Source: Candidatus Azobacteroides sp. (GTDB lineage: Bacteria; Bacteroidota; Bacteroidia; Bacteroidales; WRGA01). From it: a DNA stretch of 64,000 nt. The notes under the pieces were generated by a model that was given only the letters and a program-made list of their open reading frames with translations, was not told the DNA's origin and made no database searches. Every line of letters begins with the position of its first letter. Position 1 is the stretch's first letter. The stretch spans positions 107,370-171,369 of the forward strand of contig JAJQEC010000090.1 of assembly GCA_021201815.1 (NCBI GenBank), read 5' to 3'. This document shows positions 32,289 to 43,476 of the stretch, piece after piece. A program made the position numbers and the translations under genes.

Positions 32289-33527
32289 ATGCATAAATAT
32301 ACAAAAGAGAAAGTTTCAGTAACATCCAGGTTAGATAAACGCTTTCAAAATAAAGAAGGTAAATATCCGGTAAAAATTGAAATATCCCATAATAGGATTA
32401 GAAGATATCATGGAACCGGAAAGGATTTAAGTCAAGAAGAATGGAATGAATTACCGAAAACAAAAAGTAAAAATCTTATTAAAATCAGAAATGAGATAAA
32501 AGATTCTTTTGATAAGGTACAAAATATAGTAAAGACCCTTATCGATGAAAAAGAATTCACTTTTGAAATATTATTTAACCGGTTAGGCTACTCAAAAGGC
32601 TATATTAATGACGCTTTTCAAAATAAAATTGATAGTGATATAGAAGAAAAAAGAGGCGGAAATGCTCAGGTTTACGAATGTGCATTAAACAATTTTGAAA
32701 AATATGCAGGAAAAAATGTATCATTCAAAACTATAACAATAGATTGGTTAAAAAAATATGAAAATCATATTGTAATAACCGAAGGAGGGTCATATAATAC
32801 TGTTGGAATGTATGCACGGTGTATAAGACATCTAATGGTAAAAGCCAGGGAAAATGGAATAATAACTAAAGCCGAGTATCCTTTTGGTAAAGAAAAATAT
32901 CAGATTCCCTCTCAAGATGGGAAAAAGAAAGCATTGGATAAAGAAACGCTTAAAAAGATTATGGATTATGATGATGGTTCCGAAGCCACGGCAAATTATA
33001 GGGATTTATGGATTTTCCTTTACTTATGCAATGGAATGACCATGTATGATTTATTGCTATTAAAATTTAAAAATATAGATTATGAGGACAAAGAAATAAG
33101 TTTCTTTAGAATAAAAACAATAAGAACGGCTGTTACTAAAAAACATATTCATGCTATATTACTTCCCGAAATGGAGACTATAATAAATAAATGGGGCAAT
33201 CCGGATAAAAAGCCTAATAATTATATATTTCCTTATTTAGTTGGATATAGAGAAGATCCTATAAAGGAAAAAAATAGGGTAAAGGATATAACAAGAAGAG
33301 TAAACAGAAGAATGGCAAAAATAACTAAACAATTAAACCTTCCTCATGCAAGTACATATTCCGCAAGACACACTTTTGCAACTGTCTTAAAAAGAAAAGG
33401 GATTCCAACATCATTTATTGGGGATAGTCTGGGACACACAAATTCAAAAACTACGGAAGCATATCTTGCAGATTTTGAAAAAGAAACCCGTTTAGAAAAT
33501 GCCAATCTATTGACGGATTTTGCCTAA
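32289..33527 (+). CDS. Tyrosine site-specific integrase
   Basis: Arm domain GKYPVKI, YLCNG, YSARHTFAT, SLGHT, TTEAYL; adjacent to att; ATG 32289 or GTG 32274. Confidence 0.93.
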   Translation: MHKYTKEKVSVTSRLDKRFQNKEGKYPVKIEISHNRIRRYHGTGKDLSQEEWNELPKTKSKNLIKIRNEIKDSFDKVQNIVKTLIDEKEFTFEILFNRLGYSKGYINDAFQNKIDSDIEEKRGGNAQVYECALNNFEKYAGKNVSFKTITIDWLKKYENHIVITEGGSYNTVGMYARCIRHLMVKARENGIITKAEYPFGKEKYQIPSQDGKKKALDKETLKKIMDYDDGSEATANYRDLWIFLYLCNGMTMYDLLLLKFKNIDYEDKEISFFRIKTIRTAVTKKHIHAILLPEMETIINKWGNPDKKPNNYIFPYLVGYREDPIKEKNRVKDITRRVNRRMAKITKQLNLPHASTYSARHTFATVLKRKGIPTSFIGDSLGHTNSKTTEAYLADFEKETRLENANLLTDFA

Positions 33528-33565
33528 AACTAATTCCCATAATGAAAAGAGAATGTATATAATTA

Positions 33566-33610
33566 AAGTACATCCTGAAAGTTAAACAAAAAACTTTCAG
33601 GGATGTACTT
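33566..33610 (+). terminator. Hairpin downstream of integrase
   Basis: aagtacatcctgaaagtt ... aactttcagggatgtactt. Confidence 0.6.
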
Positions 33611-33635
33611 CAACTATAAAGAAAACGGTTTTTAT

Positions 33636-35007
33636 GACACAGTCCATAAGATTGTTTAAATGAAAACTACAGGGTTTAAATCTTGTAGTTTTTTATTTAT
33701 GTATAACTTTGAAAAAAGGAATAAATTATGGACATTGGCTCTGTCGAACGTTGTTTCCAAAAGATTTACTCAGTAAAGAGTTTTTGAGCCAGTTTAAAAC
33801 AGCCGACGACGTAGATTCCTTCCTTAAAAAGCTTCATGCTAAAGTATATGAAGGCATGTTGGAAGGTGAAATGGAAAATCACTTAGGTTATGAGAAAAAT
33901 GCTCCTGAAGGTAAAAACAGTGGCAACTCTCGTAATGGATCTTATCCTACAACTATCCAGACCGAGTATGGTGAATCCAGCATTGAGATACCCCGTGATC
34001 GTAGTGGTAATTTTGAGCCAGTGGTAGTTCCCAAACACCAGAAACGGGGATTATCTATTGAATGTTTGGTGATCTCCTTATACGCAAAAGGAATAAGTGT
34101 CTCTGATATAGAAGAGGAAATGAAGGAGATTTATGGTATAACTCTTTCCACTTCTGCTAGCTCTGTTATCACCTCAAAAGTATCCCAGTCTGCTATAGAG
34201 TGGCAAAACCCTCCCCTGGAAAGCCTTTATCTGATCGTTTGGATGGATGGTATCGTTTTTAAGGTCCGGGAAAATGGTAAGGTGATAAATAAAACGGTCT
34301 ATCTCTGTGTTGGTTTAAACAAAGAAGGACTCAAAGAAGTGTTAGGCATGTGGGTTGGTAAAACAGAGTCCGCTTCCTTCCGGATGGGAGTCCTTACGGA
34401 TCTGAAGGCTCGTGGTGTAGAAGATATCCTGGTTACCGTGACGGATAACTTATGCGGTTTTACAGACACGATAAAGAGTGTTTTCCCTGATTCCACTACT
34501 CAAATCTGCGTAGTACATCAAATCCGTAACTCCTGCCGGTATGTGGTGTGGAAGGAAAAGAAAGAGTTTACAGCTGATTTGAAGAATATCTACAATGCAC
34601 CCACTAAAGAAGGTGCAGCTTTAGAGCTGGATCAGTTTGAAAAGAAATGGGGTTCAAAATATCCTTATGCAATCCGGTCATGGCGACAGAACTGGGATGA
34701 ACTGACTGCCTTTTTTGATTTTCCTGTAGAAATCCGGAGGATTATCTATACTACTAATCTAGTAGAAAATCTCAACGGCAAAATCAGAAAGTATACCAAA
34801 AACAAGCTTTCTTTCCCTAATGATGACGCCCTGAAAAAGTCGGTATATCTGGCTATTGCAGAGATCGAAAAGAAATGGTATCAGCCCGTCTGGAACTGGG
34901 GAATGATTTTTAATCAATTTCTCACTATATTTGATGGCAGGCTCCGGGTTTAAACCCGGAGCCTGCAACCTGTAGTTTTCTGTTTACACAAAATTATGGA
35001 TAGTCCC
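33636..35007 (+). mobile_element. IS256-family insertion sequence
   Basis: Imperfect terminal IRs (gacacagtccataagattgtttaaa / tttacacaaaattatggatagtccc) and 8-bp target duplication GTTTTTAT at 33628-33635 and 35008-35015. Confidence 0.92.
33709..34953 (+). CDS. IS256 (Mutator) DDE transposase, possibly degenerate
   Basis: GNSRNG, IPRDR, WMDG, QICVVH, IYTTNLVE motifs; TTG start uncertain. Confidence 0.9.
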   Translation: MKKGINYGHWLCRTLFPKDLLSKEFLSQFKTADDVDSFLKKLHAKVYEGMLEGEMENHLGYEKNAPEGKNSGNSRNGSYPTTIQTEYGESSIEIPRDRSGNFEPVVVPKHQKRGLSIECLVISLYAKGISVSDIEEEMKEIYGITLSTSASSVITSKVSQSAIEWQNPPLESLYLIVWMDGIVFKVRENGKVINKTVYLCVGLNKEGLKEVLGMWVGKTESASFRMGVLTDLKARGVEDILVTVTDNLCGFTDTIKSVFPDSTTQICVVHQIRNSCRYVVWKEKKEFTADLKNIYNAPTKEGAALELDQFEKKWGSKYPYAIRSWRQNWDELTAFFDFPVEIRRIIYTTNLVENLNGKIRKYTKNKLSFPNDDALKKSVYLAIAEIEKKWYQPVWNWGMIFNQFLTIFDGRLRV

Positions 35008-35082
35008 GTTTTTATTTTTATTTGCAAGAAGAACAATTTTAATTTATTTACCCTTCCAACCCACATACATGCTTTTATTCTT

Positions 35083-35382
35083 TCAAAAAAACAATTCCGG
35101 TGAGCGGTAATTCCGGCGCAATACCTTTTCCAATTCACTTTCAGGATAGAGTATCTTTCCCCCAATAGTTGTATATCCGATTATACGCTTGTCCCGTAAA
35201 GTCTGGAGAGTACGGGGTGAAATATGTAGGTATTCCATGACTTCTTCCCCGTTCAGGTGCCGTTTATCTGCCAACAAAGGACGATATCCCTTACGAACGC
35301 TCTGCACATCTTCAAGGGCCTGTTCTATTTCTTTTGATAGTTCCCTGAACTCTAAGGAGTAAAATCCTATAAACTTATCCAT
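35083..35382 (-). CDS. HTH_17 excisionase-like DNA-binding protein
   Basis: LNGEEVMEYLHISPRTLQTLRDKRIIGYTTIGGKILY. Confidence 0.88.
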   Translation of the reverse strand: MDKFIGFYSLEFRELSKEIEQALEDVQSVRKGYRPLLADKRHLNGEEVMEYLHISPRTLQTLRDKRIIGYTTIGGKILYPESELEKVLRRNYRSPELFF

Positions 35383-35666
35383 TACAATCTTCTTTTTATT
35401 CCTGATTGAAGTATCTTCTCAATATCGGACTGATGGTAATAGACTTTACCTCCCAGCATGGAGAATGGTATTTTGCCATTATTTTGCCATGTCTGAAGGG
35501 TTCTCTTTGAAATATCCAGTACCCGGCAGACATCGGCCGAGTCCATTCAGCCGTCCCGGGGATTAGAAGCACATAGTGCCTTCAAAGTGGCAACCTCCGA
35601 GGTCAGTTTTCTTACCTTTGTCTTTAAATTTTCCCATGCAAGGGAATCAATACAAACAATTTCCAT
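35382..35666 (-). pseudogene. Second HTH_17 excisionase-like gene, in-frame TGA at 35547-35549
   Basis: MEIVCIDSLAW...NPRDG*MDSADVCRVLDISKRTLQTWQNNGKIPFSMLGGKVYY; TAATG overlap with next gene; absent from ORF track. Confidence 0.85.
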
Positions 35667-35674
35667 ATGTTTTA

Positions 35675-36058
35675 TTATTTTTCTTTGTCATTATTAAACG
35701 TATTTGCCAGTGAGCGTTTCAGCCCTTCACTGGCTGCACGGGTTATCAGTTCACGGTTTACCGAAAGGTGGTCGGCAAGGATATTGGACAGTAATATGGT
35801 CGGGGTAATTTCCGGCACGATATGCTGCAGGGAGGAAACAAGAGTTTGCAGTTTCTCTTTCATCCTGATATCAATATATACCGGGGTGTAATCCTTCACC
35901 TTATTAACTGTCAAAAACCTACGGGCATAGTCATCCTCATCTTTTTTGCGGGACTGTTTTGTCCTGACAGAAACAGGCGTTCATGTACTATCCTCTAAGA
36001 AATCTTCTATCACCTTCTTTTCTGTTTCCCCCTGGCTGTTTTCTAATTCATTACTCAT
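35675..36058 (-). pseudogene. DUF3408-like mobile-element protein, in-frame TGA at 35981-35983
   Basis: ATG 36058 MSNELENSQ...EDST*TPVSVRTK...DYARRFL...VYID...NILADHL in one frame. Confidence 0.65.
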
Positions 36059-36496
36059 ACAATTAGTTTTTTTTAGTTGTTAATAATGCACCGCAGATAT
36101 TGCGGTAATAATTTCCCCTTTTTTGTATATTCCGGGAAACTCATTCATCTCTTATACGGTTTGTTTTATCCATACGCTTAAAAATTCAGTAAAAAGGATA
36201 AGCTGTCTGCAACATCACACACGGAGCTGTTTTTTCCAAAACCGGGTGCAAGGTACAGCCTCCCGGCTGCCTGCGCTGTGAGCATAACAGCCTTACCTAA
36301 CAGGATAGGCTTGTATACTATTGACTACCAATACATAATAAGTATGCGCAGTAAGAAAAGAAAGGAGACAAAGGCAATAAACATGCCCTATCAAATAAAT
36401 ATAAGTATTTGATATACAAGTAAAATATATGGCTCAATTTATAACAGGAATAATTGAAAAAAAGAAAGAAATATTTTTAAGGCATATCACCCAGTC

Positions 36497-37471
36497 TTAT
36501 TTATCCCGGTTTTCTTCTATTAAATCCATCATATCTTCTATCTCAATAAGTCCATGTATCGCTTCCTTCTGGTTACGGGCCCGGTTGTTAAGAAATTGCT
36601 GCATGGTGATATAGTGCGGTCCACTGCCATATCGTTGTTCATTCCCGGCAGTACGGAAGGAGATAAAGTCCATGTTTCCTTCGGCAACAGATATCCAAGT
36701 TTCTTTGATATAGTGGTTTTCTTTGAGTAGGTCAAAAAGGTAAACCAAAGACTTTTGGTTGGCAACCTGCAAAGGCCCGGATAATTTTCCTTTTAACAAC
36801 TTCCTTAATTCAGCTACTTTTACCGGGCGGCGGAAAAGCTTAATCCTTTCTATACATTCTGCAAGCAGGGCATACTGTTTATTATTAAGTTTAGGCTCAT
36901 AGGAGCGTTTTCCGGAAATCCGTTTTATTTTAGAGGTTGGTTGAGTTGTGGCTGCAGTTTCTATATTTTCCCTACCTGATTTCTCTTTATCTGGTAATTT
37001 ATCCGATGTTCCCTTCCCTTCTTTTTCTTTTTTGGGAATTCTATTTTCGTAATGCTGGCAAAGCCGTTCCAGGCTGATAAGGTCTACCAGTTCCTTAAAG
37101 TAAGGTAAATCTATCTTTACCAGTTCTCTGGCATAGCTGGCTGGCGTTATTTCATTTGTATGTGGAGTAAAGGCTCGGTAGCGGCGGTAATCCTCTTTAC
37201 TTATATCATCGTAAAAGTCGCTGTACCAGAGAAAATTCGCCCTGTTATCCCGGCAATACCGGGGCACACTTGCAAGGGGAGGATTATGACGGATAATATC
37301 CTGTATTTTCCCTTTGAGCACAGCTATATTTTCCAGTGTAGGATGCAGGCTTTCTTCCATGGATAAGGCTGTATTGTAAGCAATGCTTACAAAGCTGTCA
37401 ATGCTTTGCTGGATTAGCCGGAACTCCCTGGGCATATCCATTTCTTCGCTATATTCATCAAATTCGTACAT
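36497..37471 (-). CDS. Hypothetical mobile-element protein
   Basis: Long open frame; likely start MYEFDEY at 37471 (track extends to 37633). Confidence 0.7.
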   Translation of the reverse strand: MYEFDEYSEEMDMPREFRLIQQSIDSFVSIAYNTALSMEESLHPTLENIAVLKGKIQDIIRHNPPLASVPRYCRDNRANFLWYSDFYDDISKEDYRRYRAFTPHTNEITPASYARELVKIDLPYFKELVDLISLERLCQHYENRIPKKEKEGKGTSDKLPDKEKSGRENIETAATTQPTSKIKRISGKRSYEPKLNNKQYALLAECIERIKLFRRPVKVAELRKLLKGKLSGPLQVANQKSLVYLFDLLKENHYIKETWISVAEGNMDFISFRTAGNEQRYGSGPHYITMQQFLNNRARNQKEAIHGLIEIEDMMDLIEENRDK

Positions 37472-37779
37472 ACATAAATGAGTATAAAAGAACCTGAGTT
37501 TAAAAATAATAATTTCTTTTATAATATAGGTAATATTACTAAGCAGAGTAATAAAAGTTACTTTACTTACCCATAGTAAGCAGCAAATAAATGCATCCGG
37601 CTGCAAAGGTGCCACAAGGTATCCAATTATCACAATTACAGGCTATATTTGTTGCCGGCATTTATATCAGATGCATAATAATACCTATATAATATGGACA
37701 TATTCTCAAAACTTATCCTGTTAAACAGTTCTTTGTACCAACCATGAAGAGCTGCAGGCAGTACCTTTAATGTATTGCT

Positions 37780-38180
37780 CAACCCGGGCTCCTTGTATCC
37801 GGTATTTCCAGTATTCGGCATTGCCGCCGTCCAAAGAAATGCAGACGCTCCCGCTTCTTCATTTTTTCTCCTGCGTCAAAGGAGCAAGGTAATCGCACGG
37901 GTAACCCGAAATTCGCCTCCGGCTTTTTCGTGTTTCCCCGGTGCATACCTTGCCCTGCGGGGCTGTGACCACGCAAAAGATAAATCCGGCGTACCTTGAA
38001 TTTCCCTTTTGCTTCAAAATCTTCTCCCGCTGGTCGCAAATCCTGAGGTCACTCCGCAGTCTTTCTGCCTGTCTCCCGTTGGTCGCTCCGGCTGTAGACT
38101 GCGGGGGCAAGCCTGCGCTTTATCTCCCGCTGGTCGCTTCCGCTTTGGCTTGCCCGGGTGGCAGAATGTGCCAAATAGTT
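37780..38180. other. Probable oriT region
   Basis: GC-rich noncoding tract with ccctgcggggc hairpin and repeated tctcccg(c/t)tggtcgc immediately upstream of mobC; nick site not identified. Confidence 0.45.
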
Positions 38181-38202
38181 TTCCATACTTTTAAAAGCCT
38201 GT

Positions 38203-38556
38203 ATGATGGAAAATAGGAAAAACAGGAAACCAAAAAGAGGACGACCCGTGAAGGAAAAAGAAAAGCTGACAACTTCAATTAATCTGAAACTGACCGGAAC
38301 GGATTTTAATTCCGTGAAGGAAAAAGCAGAAAAGATGGGCATGAAAGCAACGCAATATGCACGGGAAATGACGCTGAAAGGCAGTATTAAATCCCGCTTT
38401 ACCCTCGAGGAACTTGACCTGATACGTAGACTTGCTGGCATGGCAAATAACCTCAACCAGATTGCCCGCCAAGCCAATAAGGCAGGTTTTGCCCGGGTGG
38501 GTATAGACATCATAGATATAATCTCCCAAATCAAAAAACTACTGGATGATAGCTAA
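38203..38556 (+). CDS. mobC: MobC plasmid mobilization relaxosome protein
   Basis: RGRP, RHH-like segment, LAGMANNLNQIAR; overlaps relaxase start. Confidence 0.9.
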   Translation: MMENRKNRKPKRGRPVKEKEKLTTSINLKLTGTDFNSVKEKAEKMGMKATQYAREMTLKGSIKSRFTLEELDLIRRLAGMANNLNQIARQANKAGFARVGIDIIDIISQIKKLLDDS

Positions 38557-39748
38557 AAATATAAAAGGAAAATCGTTTAAGGGATGTGTCTCTTATGTGA
38601 TGCATGAAGGGGCAACCTTACTGGAAGCGGAAGGAGTCTAGGCAGAAACGACAAAAGATATTATCAGGAGTTTTGCCATACAACGTTCCGGCAGGAAGGA
38701 GATAAAACAACCTGTCGGACATATCCCTATTGCTTTTTCACCGGAAGATAAGGAAAAGTTGATCGATGAATTTATGACAAAGCTGGCAAAGGAATATATG
38801 AAGGAAATGGGAATTGGTAATACGCAATATATTATTGTAAGGCACCATAACACGGAAAATCCCCATATGCATATTGTCTACAACCGGATCAATAATGATT
38901 TGAAATTAATATCCGTCAACAACGATTACAAGAGTAATATTAAAGTTTGTAAGAAACTCAAAGACAAGTACCGCTTAACTTACGGTGAAGGAAAAAAGAA
39001 AGTGAAGCGGGAAAAACTCAATAATCCGGATAAGGTAAAGTATAGGATTTATGATGCTATTAAAGCAGTTTTACCTTATTGTAAGACTCCCAATGAATTA
39101 AAATCTTTACTTAGACAGGCAGGTATTGAAACGTACTTTAAGCTTCAAAGGACTACCGGTGAGATTCAAGGGATATCCTTTAGTTATAAGGATATCTCTT
39201 TCAAAGGCTCACAGGTTGACAGGAAACTTAGTTTCGGCAATCTTAAAAAAGAGTTTGAAAAAACTAAGGAATTACAGGAAAAACAAACTAAAAAAACACA
39301 GCTGCAATCCACCACTAAGCCGGAAAAAGAAGATACTTTTATAGTTGGAGGAATTAAACTAACTCCCGGACAAGTGAAAATATTGAAGAATGGGGAGGCT
39401 ATTTTCCTTGAAAATATGCGAAAAAAAGACGGCTCAGAATTATCTGCTTACCTGTTCTTTGATGACCAGATGGAGCGTCCTTTTTATTCAACTCGAGACC
39501 CAGAATCTTTTATCCGACATGGCAAATATGAAATGCGTCTTATGGATAAAATCAGGCTTGAGGCGGGTTGCGTAACCCATGCTAAAGTAAGATGGTATGG
39601 TGGAGGCTATGCTTATCCGTATTTGTGGAAAGAGAATAATGAGTATAAAGAATCGTGGGGTGATCTGAGGATACTTAAGACTCAGAAAATTGAAAACAAG
39701 GCTAAACAACACATAATCCCGAAGAAAAATGGAGGAAGGAAATTATAA
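38546..39748 (+). pseudogene. MOB_P-type relaxase, in-frame TAG at 38639-38641
   Basis: MIAKNIKGKSFKGCVSYV...EGV*AET...VGHI..AFSPED...RHHNTENPHMHIVYNRI (HUH motif) in one frame. Confidence 0.88.
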
Positions 39749-39943
39749 TCTAATTTAAAGACACTTTTATATTATTAAATGGTAGATTTTACATATGGAT
39801 AGCAGTTAAACGGGATGGAGTAACTCAAGAATCCTAAATAATTCAATTATTTATTTTAATAGTTTAAGATTTAAATAGTATAAATCAGATTTCAAAGTAA
39901 TAATTTAAAGCTCAACAAACTTATCTTAATAATTATTTTTCAA

Positions 39944-39951
39944 TATATTTG
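39944..39951 (+). promoter_or_regulatory. Bacteroidetes -7 promoter element
   Basis: TATATTTG matches TAnnTTTG, 22 nt before ATG 39973. Confidence 0.5.
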
Positions 39952-39972
39952 CATGAAATACCAATATCGATA

Positions 39973-40179
39973 ATGGAAAAGGAACAAATAAATAGGTTAA
40001 AAGTCGTACTTGTTGAGAAAGGAAAAACAGGTAAATGGTTAGCCGAACAATTAGGTAAAGACCCATCAACAGTGTCAAAGTGGTGCTCAAATAAGATTCA
40101 ACCCTCGTTGGAAATACTTGAAAAAATAGCGCTTCTGCTGGGTATAGATAGGCGTGAACTATTAAATAAAAGCAAATAA
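39973..40179 (+). CDS. XRE-family HTH transcriptional regulator
   Basis: INRLKVVLVEKGKTGKWLAEQLGKDPSTVSKWCSNKIQPSL. Confidence 0.9.
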   Translation: MEKEQINRLKVVLVEKGKTGKWLAEQLGKDPSTVSKWCSNKIQPSLEILEKIALLLGIDRRELLNKSK

Positions 40180-40180
40180 A

Positions 40181-43100
40181 ATGGGTGAGTCAAAATTTTT
40201 TACAAATCATATAGGAAACACCCTTTTTGATAAATTTAAAGGTATTCGTGAAGGAATGACCTCGCTACATAGCTTTCAGGCAGTAGTAGGGTATTTCCGA
40301 AGTTCGGGATATTTCAAAATACGCCAGGAACTGGGGGATATTGAAAAAATTCAGATACTGGTAGGGATCAATATCGATAATATTTTTCGCAACCATAATA
40401 AAAGTCTCCTCTTTATGGCAAACGACACCGTTTGTTCTGAGGCCATGGAGACTTACAAACGTGATTTTATTCAGGACGTAAAAGATGCAGGCTACTATAA
40501 GGATATTGAAGAGGGAATACTTCTCCTTATTGATGATATTCACTCTGGTAAAGTTGAATTAAAAATACATCCCACCAAAGACCTGCATGCAAAATTTTAT
40601 CTGTTTCTACCCGAAAAACATACAAAACATTCTGACGGTTGGGTGATTATGGGTTCCAGTAACTTATCCAATTCAGGATTAGGACTAACTGAACCACCCC
40701 GTTATGAACTGAATGTTTCTATGAAAGATTTTGACGATGTAGACTTTTGTAAAAAAGAATTTGATAAGCTATGGGAAGGAGGCATACCTCTCTCTTCTGA
40801 AGACATCGAACTATTCCGCAAAAAAACCCATTTAGGTCAGAATCCGACCCCGTATGAACTTTATATCAAAGTATTAATAGATTTCTTTCAGGGACAGGTT
40901 GAGGATGATTTTTCCCTTGAAATGCCCGACGGAGTAATGAAATTTAAGTACCAGACAGATGCGGTAGGACAAGGGTATGAAATGCTGAAAAAACATAATG
41001 GCTTCTTTCTGGCTGATGTCGTAGGACTTGGTAAAACTGTTGTGGCAACCATGGTCGCCAAACGTTTTATTGAAGAAAATGGCATACGTGAAACAAAGGT
41101 GCTGGTCATTTATCCCCCGGCTCTGGCCAGCAACTGGAAAGAGACATTTGAAAAGTTTAAAATAGCCAAAAATACAGATTTCTTATCCTGTGGTAGCCTT
41201 GAGAAAGTCTTAGAGGGTGAAGAACAATATAGAAGTGCCGAACAATATGATATGATTTTAGTAGATGAGGCTCATCGTTTCCGGGGAGATTCATCGGCAA
41301 TGTACGATAAACTCCAGCGTATTTGCAAGACCGACAGGGAATATGAAGGACGTGTCGGTGGACGCAAGAAGAGTGTTGTATTAATTTCAGCTACTCCGCT
41401 AAATAACCGTCCTGATGACCTATACAACCTGTTGATGCTCTTTCAGGACAAACGTAAATCCACCATAGACGGAGTAAACAACCTGCAAAATTACTTTGCT
41501 CCTAAAATAGCAGCTTACAAACAGATGATGTCATCCAAAAATCAAAGTATAGATGTACATCAGGTAAATGCATTATACGAGTCTATCCGTAAAGATGTTA
41601 TAGATAAAATAACGGTTCGCAGAACAAGGGAAAACATCTTGCGTAATCCCGATTATGCAAAAGACCTGGAGCAACAAAATATCCAATTTCCCGAAATCGG
41701 GAAACCGAGGCAAGTCGGATATTTACTTCCGGCAGAGCTTAAAACCCTATTTGAAAATACCATGGCAACGCTCACCGAAGAGTTGAAATATGCGCGTTAC
41801 AAAGCGATTGAAAAACTCGAAGGAAAATACAAAAGCCGGTATCCAAACGCAGAGGCAACCTCCCGTTCGTTAGCAACCATTTACCGAACACATATGGTTA
41901 AGCGATTGGAAAGCAGCTTTGAAGCATTTCGTAAATCGCTCTTCAATTTACGCAGAGCTACCCAGGGAATGGTTGATATGTTTGAAGCTGATAAAGTCAT
42001 TATTGCACCGGATTTAAAAGTAAAAGAATTGCAGGACAAAGGCATTGAATTAGATGAAATTATAGCAAGAGGTATTGAAAAATTTAGTATCAAAAAAGAA
42101 GACTTCGTCTATCCTGCATCCGCATTTGTCCCCACTTTTATTGAGGATTTAAGATTTGATATTACCACACTTGATAACCTGATAGAGCTATGGGGAAAAG
42201 TGAAAATAGACCCTAAACTCGACCGTTTTATTGAGTATTTACAAAAGAAAATCTTTGACACAAAAGAGAATCCAACAGGTAAATTAGTCGTCTTTTCGGA
42301 AAGTAAAGACACCATTGGCTACCTTGAAAAAGAGATAAAATCCCGGCTGGGCAGGAAAGATATCTTATCCGTTTCCTCTTCCGACCGAAAACAACAATTC
42401 GCTGTCATCCAGGAAAACTTCGATGCCAATCACACGGTAAAGAAAGACGATTATAATATAATCATCGCCACCGATGTACTAGCTGAGGGAGTAAACCTAC
42501 ACCGTGCCAACGTCATAGTTAATTATGACACGCCCTGGAACGCCTCACGTTTAATGCAGCGAATAGGACGTGTAAACCGTATAGGGAGTATCGCCGGAGT
42601 CATTGTAAACTATATGTTTTACCCATCCGCCGAAGGAGATGCCCAAATACGTCTCTACAAAAATGCATTAGCAAAACTACAGGGGTTCCACTCCGCCTAT
42701 GGAGAAGATTCACAGATTTACTCACTCGAAGAAATAGTACAGCAGTTCGAATTATTTAATCCGAATATTGGAGATGATGTAGATAAAACACTAGCTTTTT
42801 TACGGGAAATACGGGAATTCCGGGCTGCCAACCCCGAAGAATATGAACGTATCAAAAAGTTACCATTCAAATCCCGCACAGGAAGAGAGGTCGCTATAGC
42901 CAATAAAAAAGGCATTCAGCCAAATATGTCATTAGTATATATAGCAGCTCCATTCAAACACGAATTTTACCTAGTAGAAGGACAAACAGCCAAAGATATA
43001 GGATTTCTGGAAGCAGCTGAACTATTTAAAGCAACTCCGGAAGAACCCGTTGCCGGTATTAATGACATCCACTATCAACAGGTAGCCGCAGCACAGTCCA

Positions 43101-43459
43101 AATACGATAAAGAGGTGATCCTGATGAAAGATGAAACCATCTCAACCGCAAGTGACAAAGATACTCATACTGATGCCGCACGCACATTACTCAAAAAAAT
43201 GAAGCGTGAGTGCCCCAACCATGAAAACAGGACTCATTGCGATATCCTGATGAAATATGTAGAATTAGGCACCTATGTGCAACTCACACGCGAATTGCAC
43301 AGACTGGAACGAAAATTACGCAACAAAGTCCTCACTTCGGAAGAAGTGGAAATAAAACTCAGGAAATTTGTGGCCAAATACCACAAAGCACAAAATGCTA
43401 AAATTGTGGAAGCAGAAGACAACACACCACAAATTGTTTTATCTGAAACATTTATTTAA
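40181..43459 (+). CDS. PLD nuclease-SNF2/DEAH helicase fusion
   Basis: LHAKFY...GSSNLS (HKD), LADVVGLGKT, VDEAHRFR, SATP, TDVLAEGVNL, QRIGRVNR. Confidence 0.92.
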   Translation: MGESKFFTNHIGNTLFDKFKGIREGMTSLHSFQAVVGYFRSSGYFKIRQELGDIEKIQILVGINIDNIFRNHNKSLLFMANDTVCSEAMETYKRDFIQDVKDAGYYKDIEEGILLLIDDIHSGKVELKIHPTKDLHAKFYLFLPEKHTKHSDGWVIMGSSNLSNSGLGLTEPPRYELNVSMKDFDDVDFCKKEFDKLWEGGIPLSSEDIELFRKKTHLGQNPTPYELYIKVLIDFFQGQVEDDFSLEMPDGVMKFKYQTDAVGQGYEMLKKHNGFFLADVVGLGKTVVATMVAKRFIEENGIRETKVLVIYPPALASNWKETFEKFKIAKNTDFLSCGSLEKVLEGEEQYRSAEQYDMILVDEAHRFRGDSSAMYDKLQRICKTDREYEGRVGGRKKSVVLISATPLNNRPDDLYNLLMLFQDKRKSTIDGVNNLQNYFAPKIAAYKQMMSSKNQSIDVHQVNALYESIRKDVIDKITVRRTRENILRNPDYAKDLEQQNIQFPEIGKPRQVGYLLPAELKTLFENTMATLTEELKYARYKAIEKLEGKYKSRYPNAEATSRSLATIYRTHMVKRLESSFEAFRKSLFNLRRATQGMVDMFEADKVIIAPDLKVKELQDKGIELDEIIARGIEKFSIKKEDFVYPASAFVPTFIEDLRFDITTLDNLIELWGKVKIDPKLDRFIEYLQKKIFDTKENPTGKLVVFSESKDTIGYLEKEIKSRLGRKDILSVSSSDRKQQFAVIQENFDANHTVKKDDYNIIIATDVLAEGVNLHRANVIVNYDTPWNASRLMQRIGRVNRIGSIAGVIVNYMFYPSAEGDAQIRLYKNALAKLQGFHSAYGEDSQIYSLEEIVQQFELFNPNIGDDVDKTLAFLREIREFRAANPEEYERIKKLPFKSRTGREVAIANKKGIQPNMSLVYIAAPFKHEFYLVEGQTAKDIGFLEAAELFKATPEEPVAGINDIHYQQVAAAQSKYDKEVILMKDETISTASDKDTHTDAARTLLKKMKRECPNHENRTHCDILMKYVELGTYVQLTRELHRLERKLRNKVLTSEEVEIKLRKFVAKYHKAQNAKIVEAEDNTPQIVLSETFI

Positions 43460-43476
43460 AACTTATCAGCACAACA

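Noticed and set aside
37636-38216. Cluster of short overlapping ORFs on both strands
   Set aside because: GC-rich oriT-like DNA gives stop-poor frames; no recognisable protein
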